From NCBI RefSeq assembly GCF_039521385.1, contig NZ_BAAACG010000008.1, positions 703,438 to 735,437 on the forward strand: a DNA stretch of 32,000 bases. The letters run 5' to 3'. Of this stretch, positions 20,596 through 29,211 are shown one piece after another. The translations under genes were made by a program, and so were the position numbers. The notes under the pieces are model-generated. The model was not told where the DNA came from and made no database searches. It saw only the letters and a list, made by a program, of their open reading frames with translations. Source of the DNA: Clostridium oceanicum (GTDB lineage: Bacteria > Bacillota > Clostridia > Clostridiales > Clostridiaceae). How positions within the stretch are numbered: position 1 is the stretch's first letter; every line of letters begins with the position of its first letter.

Positions 20596-21318
20596 TTATT
20601 TTTTTGCAACTATTATTTTTAATGAAGGATAGGTATCAAATATATATGGTTTTGATACTTTTACTTTAAATCCCATGTCACAAAGTAATTTTTTGTGCTC
20701 TATAGTATGCCTAAAATCTGATAAAACAAGTGTACCATCTTTTTTAACAACTCTTGCCATTTCACATATAGCTTTTATTCTTTCATCTTTATCATGTATA
20801 TTATGAATACATAAATTAGATAAAACTACATCAAAAGATTCATCTTTAAAAGATAGCGCAGAAGCATTTTGAGTTTTAATCTTTATTTTATCTTCTACTC
20901 CCTCTATCTTCATATTTTTATTAATATAAAACTTAGTGTTATCTAATATATCTCCTTTACCTTTCCATATATCAATTCCTATAAGCTTACCTGTAGTAAG
21001 TTTTTTAGCAGCTTTTATAGCAACTAATCCTCTACCAATTCCAACATCTAATACCTTTTCATTACCTTTCCAGTCTACAGAATCTACAATTCTATCTCTA
21101 TGCTTAAATTTTCCCCATATAACATAGTTAATCATTCTAAGGCCATTTAATACTCCTATAACCCCTACTACTAAAAATATATACCCAATTGCTATTGATT
21201 CAGTATATTTAAATAAAAACATAGATACTAATAAACATAACAGACCTATAGAAAAAGAATTAATTATTACCTTTGTTTTATTAACACCATAATAAGGTTT
21301 AGTGTAATTTTTCATCAT
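20596..21318 (-). CDS. Membrane-anchored class I SAM-dependent methyltransferase
   Basis: Two N-terminal TM helices, then VLDVGIGRGLVAIKAAKKLTTGKLIGIDIW...NASALSFKDESFDVVLSNLCIHNI. Confidence 0.85.
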   Translation of the reverse strand: MMKNYTKPYYGVNKTKVIINSFSIGLLCLLVSMFLFKYTESIAIGYIFLVVGVIGVLNGLRMINYVIWGKFKHRDRIVDSVDWKGNEKVLDVGIGRGLVAIKAAKKLTTGKLIGIDIWKGKGDILDNTKFYINKNMKIEGVEDKIKIKTQNASALSFKDESFDVVLSNLCIHNIHDKDERIKAICEMARVVKKDGTLVLSDFRHTIEHKKLLCDMGFKVKVSKPYIFDTYPSLKIIVAKK

Positions 21319-21553
21319 ATGTCATACCTCCGTTCTTTTTTTGAATACAACAATCTATTTCCTTGTAAAATTAATTATTAATTTTATTTATATAATAAAA
21401 GATTGATAAATTTTTATTAAACTACTCTATACTATAAGTATACTATAGTTTATGCATTTTACAAAGTTTTGAATAAAATTTTAATTTTATTACTTTACAA
21501 ATTTAGCATAGTAAAGTATAATACTACTATAGATAAAAAGGGGGCTTTAAATT

Positions 21554-22360
21554 ATGAAAAAAAGAATTATTTCTGTTCTTATATTAACTTTCTCATTAAT
21601 ATTTTTATTAACCGGTTGTGGTAAAAAAGATTCTAAATCTGATACTTCTTTAGAAGACATAAAATCTAAAGGTAAATTTATAGTAGGATTAGATGATAGT
21701 TTTCCTCCTATGGGATTTAAAGACGACAAAGGAAATATCGTAGGATTTGATATAGATTTAGCTAAAGAAGTTGGGAAAAAATTAGGTGTAAAAGTAGAAT
21801 TTAAACCTGTAGACTGGGACGGCGTAGTATTAAGCTTAAAAAATAAAGATATTGATGTTATATGGAACGGATTAACTATAACTGATAAAAGAAAAGAACA
21901 AATAGGATTTTCAACTCCATACCTTCAAAATAAGCAAATAGTAGTTGTTAGAAAAGATTCTAACATTAAAAAGAAAGCTGACTTAAAAGATAAAACTGTT
22001 GGTGTTCAATTAGGAAGTAGTAGTGAAACCGCTCTAACAGATGCAAAAGATATATCTGCTTCACTAAAAGAAATGAAAAAATACTCTAACAATACAGAAG
22101 CACTTATGGATCTTCAGGCTAAGCGTCTAGAAGCCGTTGTAGTTGATGAAGTTGTTGGAAGATATTATATAAGTAAAAAACCAGACCTATATAAAGTTTT
22201 AGATGAAGACTTTGGTAGAGAATCTTATGGAATAGGAATAAGAAAAGAAGATAAATCTTTTAAAGAAGCTATAGATAAAGAATTAGATGCTCTTAAAAAA
22301 GATGGAACTTATGATAAAATTTCAAAAAAATGGTTTGGTGAAACTATAAAACAAAAATAG
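21554..22360 (+). CDS. Polar amino-acid ABC transporter, substrate-binding lipoprotein
   Basis: Lipobox LTGCGKK; GLDDSFPPMGFKDDKGNIVGFDIDLAKEVGKKLGVKVEFKPVDWDG. Confidence 0.93.
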   Translation: MKKRIISVLILTFSLIFLLTGCGKKDSKSDTSLEDIKSKGKFIVGLDDSFPPMGFKDDKGNIVGFDIDLAKEVGKKLGVKVEFKPVDWDGVVLSLKNKDIDVIWNGLTITDKRKEQIGFSTPYLQNKQIVVVRKDSNIKKKADLKDKTVGVQLGSSSETALTDAKDISASLKEMKKYSNNTEALMDLQAKRLEAVVVDEVVGRYYISKKPDLYKVLDEDFGRESYGIGIRKEDKSFKEAIDKELDALKKDGTYDKISKKWFGETIKQK

Positions 22361-22382
22361 ATTATACTAGGAAGTGATTTAA

Positions 22383-23021
22383 ATGGTTAATTTCTCAGAT
22401 GTTACAATATTTATACTTAAAGGAAGCGTTATATCTTTAAAATTATTTTTCATAACTATGATTTTTTCTATACCACTAGGTATGTTAATAGCTATGGGGA
22501 AAATTTCAAAATCAAAAATTCTTAAAATTATTCTTGGTGCATATACATGGATATTTAGAGGAACTCCTCTTATGCTACAATTATTCTTTGCTTATTTTGG
22601 ACTACCAGTAATAGGTATAAGATTAAGTCCACTAACTGCAGCTTCTATAACATTTATAATAAACTATAGCGCCTATCTAGCTGAAATATTTAGAGGTGGT
22701 ATAGAATCTATAGACAAAGGTCAATATGAAGCTTCTAAAGTTATAGGACTAAACCACTTTCAAACTATGTTTAAAGTTATAATTCCTCAAGCTGTAAGAA
22801 ATGTAGTTCCTGCTGTATGTAATGAGAATATAAACCTTATTAAAGATTCCGCTTTGGTAGCAGCTATTGGTATAGGGGATATGCTAAGAGCAGCAAAAGA
22901 AATTGTAACAAGAGAATTTACAATCACTCCTTTCTTTATAGCAGCCTTATTGTATTTGTTAATGACTGCAGTAATAGTTATTGCATTTAGACAACTAGAA
23001 AAAAAACTTTGTGTTTATTAA
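22383..23021 (+). CDS. Polar amino-acid ABC transporter permease
   Basis: WIFRGTPLMLQLFFAYFGLP; EAAYLAEIFRGGIESIDKGQYEAS-type EAA loop (here SAYLAEIFRGGIESIDKGQYEASKVIGL). Confidence 0.93.
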   Translation: MVNFSDVTIFILKGSVISLKLFFITMIFSIPLGMLIAMGKISKSKILKIILGAYTWIFRGTPLMLQLFFAYFGLPVIGIRLSPLTAASITFIINYSAYLAEIFRGGIESIDKGQYEASKVIGLNHFQTMFKVIIPQAVRNVVPAVCNENINLIKDSALVAAIGIGDMLRAAKEIVTREFTITPFFIAALLYLLMTAVIVIAFRQLEKKLCVY

Positions 23022-23023
23022 AT

Positions 23024-23062
23024 AAAAAGGACTTTTAGATTTTTCATCTAAAAGTCCTTTTT
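23024..23062. terminator. Bidirectional terminator
   Basis: AAAAAGGACTTTTAGAT-ttttc-ATCTAAAAGTCCTTTTT, 17 bp stem. Confidence 0.9.
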
Positions 23063-23069
23063 ACTTATT

Positions 23070-24488
23070 TTATATATCCATTAAACCATCCCAGAAATCT
23101 ACACGCCATTTACCATCTTCATAAATTAATCTAGCTTTATATCTCATACTACATTCCTCTGATGAATCTCTAATTTTCATAACTAAATCTACCTTATTTT
23201 TAGAAATTGATTTGTTTATAATTTTAGCATTTAATATATCTGGATTATAATCACCTAATTGGCCAACTTTTTTACAATATTGACCATTTATTTTTTTTAC
23301 TTCAAGTATACTCATGAATCTATTAATAGCACTCTTTGTATAATATTTATTTAAATAAGAAAATAACTTTTCCTTACTATTAAATTTATCTTCAAATTTT
23401 TCATAATACTTATCTCCAATATGCATTGAAGGCATTGTTCCATTAGTTTCTACTACTGGGTATGCTAGTTTATTAGCATTATATATAAGCTTCAATGCTT
23501 CACTATCATTTAAGTATCTAATACCTTCTGAAATACTATTATAAGCTATATCTGAAACTACAAAAGTACCACCTAAAGCTATTACATCTTTATATTTATT
23601 ATGATTAGCTTTCACTGAAGACATTACTGATTCATCAACAGAATCTCCTACTAAAATTAATGGTGATTTAGTTAATGATGCTAATGCACTTCCACATAAT
23701 GCGTCTGGATAATCTTTACCTGAAGCAACATAAACTTTGCCATAATTGAATTTGTCAGAAAAATAATTTAATATCTTTGAATTTGTAGAATATCTATTTT
23801 TTCCTCCAAGTCTTACACTATTATTTAACTTTGAAGCAACTTTATCACTTACAACTCCAGTTGATCCAACTACATAGTTTTCAGTAAATGTTTTATTTGA
23901 TAAAAAATCTTTATTTACTTTAGGTAATTCATTTTTTTTAGTAAATAATATTGCCATTTCCCTTTGGGCTGCAACTGGTGCTATTGATAAAGCATCTGCG
24001 AAACCATAAGCATTAGTTACTACTACTCCTTTTAAATTTTTTAGATTTTTAGCAACTTCTATAGATGTTTCGAATCTATCTTTTCCATATATTCTTTTAG
24101 TTTCAATGCCCATCTTTTCTATTTCTCTTTTTACACTATTATCTATAACTCCAGTTGCTCCAATAATAAATACTTTCTTTACTTTAAGTCTTGATAATTG
24201 TTCTTTACTTTCCTTATTTAAAGTATTTTTATTAGTTAAAAGTATGGGCGCCTTATATTGTTTAGCTAAAGGACTAGCACACAACGCATCTGCAAAGCCT
24301 TGTCCACTTGCTATTACTGCATACTTTGATTCTGACCACCCTTTCTCTACAATTTTAGAATTAGTTTCATATCTATTATTTCCACATAACCTTTCTTGTG
24401 ATGTTTCTGCTTTTACAACATTAGATGTAAAAAACATAGCACAGCATAAAGCTAGGACAAAAGTAATACTTATTAATTTTTTTCTCAT
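23070..24488 (-). CDS. Cell-wall-binding repeat 2 (CWB2) surface protein with IseA-like C-terminal domain
   Basis: Signal peptide; repeats RLCGNNRYETNSKIV..., RIYGKDRFETSIEVA..., RLGGKNRYSTNSKIL...; C-terminus KLIYNANKLAYPVVETNG...EDKFNSKEKLFSYLNKYYTKSAINRF...YEDGKWRVD. Confidence 0.9.
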   Translation of the reverse strand: MRKKLISITFVLALCCAMFFTSNVVKAETSQERLCGNNRYETNSKIVEKGWSESKYAVIASGQGFADALCASPLAKQYKAPILLTNKNTLNKESKEQLSRLKVKKVFIIGATGVIDNSVKREIEKMGIETKRIYGKDRFETSIEVAKNLKNLKGVVVTNAYGFADALSIAPVAAQREMAILFTKKNELPKVNKDFLSNKTFTENYVVGSTGVVSDKVASKLNNSVRLGGKNRYSTNSKILNYFSDKFNYGKVYVASGKDYPDALCGSALASLTKSPLILVGDSVDESVMSSVKANHNKYKDVIALGGTFVVSDIAYNSISEGIRYLNDSEALKLIYNANKLAYPVVETNGTMPSMHIGDKYYEKFEDKFNSKEKLFSYLNKYYTKSAINRFMSILEVKKINGQYCKKVGQLGDYNPDILNAKIINKSISKNKVDLVMKIRDSSEECSMRYKARLIYEDGKWRVDFWDGLMDI

Positions 24489-24878
24489 ATTCTCCTCTGT
24501 ACCTCCTATATTTTTATATATTATAATGATTATATTTATTAAAAAATAATAATTTAGATATCTTTATAAATTAAAAAATAATCTATATTAAATAATTTTT
24601 ATAATTATGATATAAGGTACTATTTTTCATTATACAAATATATGATTCAAAAACTTTTTTAGAACTAAAATCAACTAAAAATCTTATTTAATATAAATTC
24701 TATTGTATAACTCTCATATAATTAATATAATAATAATATATTAACTTAATTTACCATTTGTTATAATTTGACTTAAAATACTTTCAATATATAAGTATTA
24801 TGTATCAATAAATTTAAATATACGTTAGATAAAAATATTAATATTAAACCTAATCAAATATTTAAAGAAGGTGATCTA

Positions 24879-25814
24879 TTGAAAGCTGATGCTGTTTTTG
24901 ACAGTGGAGGTATAAAAGGTATTGGAATTATTGGTGCTTTAAGTTACATGGAATCAAAAGGATTTGAATGGCAACGTACTGCTGGTAGTTCTGTAGGAGC
25001 TTTAATTGCTGCTTTTGTAGCTGCTGGATATAATTCTAAAGATTTAAAAAACATAGTAACAAATATAAATCTTATAAACTTTTTAGATAAAGAAGGTGTT
25101 CAAAAGATACCTTTAGTTGGTAAAGCATTAGGATTTTTCGTTGATAAAGGTATATATTCTGGGGAATATATAGAATCTTGGATAGATGACATGCTAAAAG
25201 TAAAAGGAATAAAGACTTTCAAAGATTTATATAAAAATGGTGAATGTAGACTAAAAATAATAGCTGGAGACATAACTAGAAAAAAAATGATAACATTTCC
25301 TGATGATCTTTATCTCTATGGGTTATCTCCTAGTACTTTTAAAGTTTCTAGAGCTATAAGAATGAGTATTAGTATTCCCTTTTATTTTAAACCAGTAGAA
25401 TTTATTCATGGAAATGGATTGAGCTATGTAGTTGATGGAAGTGTTTGTTGTTCTTATCCTATATCAATATTTGATTCAAAAGCTGATCCTAAATGGCCTA
25501 CTATAGGATTCAAATTTGATAATCCTAATGTGACTAATACAAAACTTGGCAAAACAGATCCACTATCTTTTTTATTTGATATAGCCGATACTATGAACTA
25601 TAAAAATGAAAATAGCTGGATTAATGATGAAAATTTATCTAGAAGTATACTTATTCCTACAGATGGAATATCTTCAACTGATTTTGATATATCAAAAAAT
25701 AAAATTATAAAACTATTTAAAAGTGGATATAAATCAGCTATGAAATTTAATGATTCTTGGGATTTTCAAGACTACTTACAAAAATATAGACATAAAAATA
25801 AAGATATTATTTAA
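24879..25814 (+). CDS. Patatin-like phospholipase family protein
   Basis: TTG start after aaagaagg; DSGGIKGIGIIGALSYME oxyanion region, AGSSVGAL (GXSXG), VDGSV (catalytic Asp). Confidence 0.9.
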   Translation: MKADAVFDSGGIKGIGIIGALSYMESKGFEWQRTAGSSVGALIAAFVAAGYNSKDLKNIVTNINLINFLDKEGVQKIPLVGKALGFFVDKGIYSGEYIESWIDDMLKVKGIKTFKDLYKNGECRLKIIAGDITRKKMITFPDDLYLYGLSPSTFKVSRAIRMSISIPFYFKPVEFIHGNGLSYVVDGSVCCSYPISIFDSKADPKWPTIGFKFDNPNVTNTKLGKTDPLSFLFDIADTMNYKNENSWINDENLSRSILIPTDGISSTDFDISKNKIIKLFKSGYKSAMKFNDSWDFQDYLQKYRHKNKDII

Positions 25815-25819
25815 GCTAA

Positions 25820-25855
25820 AAAAACCAGATTCCAATTTAGGAATCTGGTTTTTTA
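25820..25855. terminator. Bidirectional terminator between patatin gene and pepT
   Basis: AAAACCAGATTCC-aattta-GGAATCTGGTTTTTT. Confidence 0.9.
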
Positions 25856-25885
25856 TTTATAATTCAATTTATATTAAATACACTC

Positions 25886-27121
25886 TTACTTAAAATCTTT
25901 TCTAGCATAAAGTTCTATTATTTTTAATATAACTTTGTTTGCTTTTTCCATGCATTGAATTGGAATATATTCATATCTCCCATGGAAGTTATGAGCTCCT
26001 GTAAATAAGTTTGGTGTTGGAAGCCCCATGTAAGATAGCATAGCACCATCAGTACCTCCTCTTATTGGAACTACATTTGGCTCTACCCCTGCTTCTTTCA
26101 TAGCTTCATATGCTACATCTACTACATATTTTACTTTTTCTACTTTTTCTTTCATATTATAATATTGGTCACTAATATCTACAGTTACAATATCTTTTCC
26201 ATAATCTTTATTTATTTTATCTCCTATGTTTTTAAAGAACGCTTTTCTATTTTCAAAATTTTCTTTATCAAAATCTCTAATAATATAGTTAAGTTCTGTT
26301 TGTTCTACTCCACCTTTTATACCAACTAAATGATAAAAACCTTCATATCCTTCTGTTTTTTCAGGAACTTCCTTTTCTGGTATCATACTCATAAATTCTT
26401 TTGAAACATTTATTGAATTAATCATTTTATTTTTAGCAGAACCTGGATGAACATTTCTTCCCTCTATTGTAACTTTTGCTTTAGCAGCATTAAAGTTTTC
26501 ATATTCTAGTTCTCCAATAGTTCCTCCATCTACTGTATATGCAACTTTTGCTCCAAATTTTTCTACCGGAAAATGCTCTGCACCTTTTCCAACTTCTTCG
26601 TCTGGAGTAAATCCAATTTTTACAGTACCATGTTTTATATCTGGATTTTTGATTAAATATTCTACCGCTGTAATTATTTCTGCTATACCTGCTTTGTCGT
26701 CTGCTCCAAGAAGCGTATTTCCATCGGTAACTATAATATCTAATCCTTTATAATCTTTTATTTCTGGAAATTCTTTTGTATCTATTATTATGTTTTTTTC
26801 CTTATTTAGTGTTATGTTTTCTCCATCATAATTTTCTACAATTCTAGGTTTTACATCTTTACCACTCATGTCTGGGCTTGTATCCATATGAGATATAAAT
26901 CCTATAACTGGAACATCTTTTTCTATATTGCTTTCTAAAGTAGCTGTAACATATCCCTTTTCATCTAAAGATACATCACTTAACCCTAATCCTTTTAATT
27001 CTTCATATAGTTTTTTAGCAAAAACTAATTGTTTTTCTGTAGTAGGAACTGTACTACTTTCTTCATCTGACTGAGAATCAATGGTTACATAACCTAAAAA
27101 TCTTTCTACTAAATTATTCAT
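25886..27121 (-). CDS. pepT: Peptidase T (tripeptide aminopeptidase)
   Basis: [89 protein letters not shown]. Confidence 0.97.
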   Translation of the reverse strand: MNNLVERFLGYVTIDSQSDEESSTVPTTEKQLVFAKKLYEELKGLGLSDVSLDEKGYVTATLESNIEKDVPVIGFISHMDTSPDMSGKDVKPRIVENYDGENITLNKEKNIIIDTKEFPEIKDYKGLDIIVTDGNTLLGADDKAGIAEIITAVEYLIKNPDIKHGTVKIGFTPDEEVGKGAEHFPVEKFGAKVAYTVDGGTIGELEYENFNAAKAKVTIEGRNVHPGSAKNKMINSINVSKEFMSMIPEKEVPEKTEGYEGFYHLVGIKGGVEQTELNYIIRDFDKENFENRKAFFKNIGDKINKDYGKDIVTVDISDQYYNMKEKVEKVKYVVDVAYEAMKEAGVEPNVVPIRGGTDGAMLSYMGLPTPNLFTGAHNFHGRYEYIPIQCMEKANKVILKIIELYARKDFK

Positions 27122-27245
27122 TTTAAATGCTCCCCCTCTGATATTTTATATGTTATTTTACATAAAGAGAATTCTAAATTTCATGTTAAAACTAAATTGC
27201 TTTAACATGAAATTTAGAAACTTTTAAAATCTATAGATCTTAATT

Positions 27246-28949
27246 TTAGCTATTTTCTATACAAACGTCTCCCATTAATACACCTTTTATACTTCCATCA
27301 TCATACTCTAATGGTATTGCTATAGCTACACAATAATTATAACTTACACTTGATATATATGGTGTACTAGTATAAACTTTTCCATTTATAGCTTCTTTAA
27401 AATATGGCCTGTGTGCAAAACTATCATTTCCTTTTGTTATAGCTACATTAGCTGATTTCATAATTCCTTCTTCATCTATTACGCCAATATATTCAAACTC
27501 AAAATTATCATCTACATATTTTTTACATAAACCAGAACAATTATCTTTAGCTAACTTTTTAGATATTATATCTTCTCTTACATTTTGAAGAACTTTAAAT
27601 CCTTCATCTATACATTTTTGTTCTTTATCTCCTATAGATACATTAGTTATATATCTTTTAAGCTCATCATCTATTTCATGAGTTGATTCATTCATTTTTT
27701 CAACTAAGGTAGCAACTTCTGTTACAAGAGCAGATTGTTCTTCAGAAGATGCTGTTATTTCTTCTGTCATAGAAGCACATTCTTGACTTCCAGATACTAT
27801 TGTATCCATTAAATCGTCTACATTGTTTGACATTTCAGAACTCTTTTGAGCTAATTTATATATTTCTTCTACTGCTTTATAAGTGGAATTAGTTGAACGT
27901 ATTATACTTTCAAAAGATTCCTTAGATTTATCAGCATAAATTATATCTTCATTAACTTCACTACTTTGTTTATCTGCTTCTTTTGTTATATTAGATATTT
28001 GACCTGTAATAGTTTCTATTAAATTTCTTATTTCTCCTGCTGACTGTGATGATTGTTCTGCAAGTTTTCTTACTTCATCTGCAACTACAGAAAAACCTTT
28101 ACCTTGCTCTCCAGCCCTTGCAGCTTCTATAGCTGCATTTAAAGCTAATAAATTTGTTCTTTCACTTATATCTGTAACAGCATCTGTAATTTTACTTATT
28201 TCTTCTGCTTCTTTTTCAAGTATATTTACATTTTTAGCTAGGTCAATACTAACTTTACCTGTTAATTTAATTTTGTCTATCATAGTATCAAATATTTGTT
28301 TATTTTCTTTTATAATATCTATCATTTCTCCGGCAATATTTTTACTATCTTTAGCATAATTAGCTATTTCCTCTGTATTTTTAGCTAAATCTGTTGTGAT
28401 TTCCCTTGTAGATACTGCAGAATCCGCTTGAGTTGTAGTAGTATCTGCAACAGAGGATACTGAAGATGCTATATTTTGTGATGCTTTTTCTGTATCTAAA
28501 GAATTCTCACTTAGTGTATCTGATATTGATTTATTTTTCTGGGATGTTTGGAGTAAATCTGATAGTATCTTTTTAGTACTTTTAACTACTTTATTTATTT
28601 TGTTACCTATATCCCCTAAAGGTCCTTCTTCTGAAAGTCTAGTAGCAAACTCTCCTTCTGATACTTTTTGCAATTGTACTACCATATTGTCTATAGAATT
28701 ATACATATTTGTAACAAATAGTTTTACTATTATAAAAGATGCTAAAAGCATTAATACAAACACTATAGCCATAAATTTTAAATATTGACCATTAAAATTA
28801 GATAATATTATTTCTACTTTATCATTAGATAAATTAGCAGTCATTATCTTATTTATTATAGATTTAGTTGTAAAAAATAATAATGTATTAAAGCCTAATA
28901 ATATTACTGCAAACAATAAAAAAGTATTTTTTATTATTTTCTGTTTCAA
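27246..28949 (-). CDS. Methyl-accepting chemotaxis protein with C-terminal Cache-like domain
   Basis: Two TM helices with ~30 aa between, HAMP, MCP hairpin [40 protein letters not shown], then [50 protein letters not shown] start. Confidence 0.93.
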   Translation of the reverse strand: MKQKIIKNTFLLFAVILLGFNTLLFFTTKSIINKIMTANLSNDKVEIILSNFNGQYLKFMAIVFVLMLLASFIIVKLFVTNMYNSIDNMVVQLQKVSEGEFATRLSEEGPLGDIGNKINKVVKSTKKILSDLLQTSQKNKSISDTLSENSLDTEKASQNIASSVSSVADTTTTQADSAVSTREITTDLAKNTEEIANYAKDSKNIAGEMIDIIKENKQIFDTMIDKIKLTGKVSIDLAKNVNILEKEAEEISKITDAVTDISERTNLLALNAAIEAARAGEQGKGFSVVADEVRKLAEQSSQSAGEIRNLIETITGQISNITKEADKQSSEVNEDIIYADKSKESFESIIRSTNSTYKAVEEIYKLAQKSSEMSNNVDDLMDTIVSGSQECASMTEEITASSEEQSALVTEVATLVEKMNESTHEIDDELKRYITNVSIGDKEQKCIDEGFKVLQNVREDIISKKLAKDNCSGLCKKYVDDNFEFEYIGVIDEEGIMKSANVAITKGNDSFAHRPYFKEAINGKVYTSTPYISSVSYNYCVAIAIPLEYDDGSIKGVLMGDVCIENS

Positions 28950-29069
28950 GCCTATTCCTCCAATCCCTTACTAAAATGGTAATTTATATTATATTTCTAC
29001 AATAAGCATTTTTTTTCCTGCTATAATTGAAATATATTGCTATTTTCACAACTAAGGCATATGAAAATT

Positions 29070-29198
29070 AATAACAAGTCAAAGGTGCGACCTATATTTT
29101 GTGAAATACAATGACTTGGGTTCTGCTGATAGTTGTGCTACCAGTAGGTTCCAAGGAAGAAGTAGTTCACAAAAAAACTAGCATACTGACTAATTATT
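29070..29198. repeat. Long imperfect palindrome (candidate structured RNA or MITE/ERIC-like element)
   Basis: Nested complementary blocks: AGTCA(29077-29081)/TGACT(29187-29191), TTTTGTGAA(29097-29105)/TTCACAAAA(29166-29174), CTTGG(29115-29119)/CCAAG(29151-29155), CTGCTGATAG(29123-29132)/CTACCAGTAG(29138-29147). Confidence 0.6.
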
Positions 29199-29211
29199 TA
29201 TTTGAATGTGC

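Noticed and set aside
24879-25814. Patatin-like protein as a possible CBASS (CapV-like) effector
   Set aside because: No CD-NTase, Cap2/Cap3 or other defence gene adjacent; flanked by a CWB2 protein and pepT, so most likely a standalone lipase-family protein.
29086-29092. GTGCGAC at 29086 as a possible group IIB intron 5' end
   Set aside because: Matches the GUGCG start only. No domain V hairpin, no reverse transcriptase and only ~110 nt of non-background sequence; kept only as a remote alternative for the palindrome's origin.
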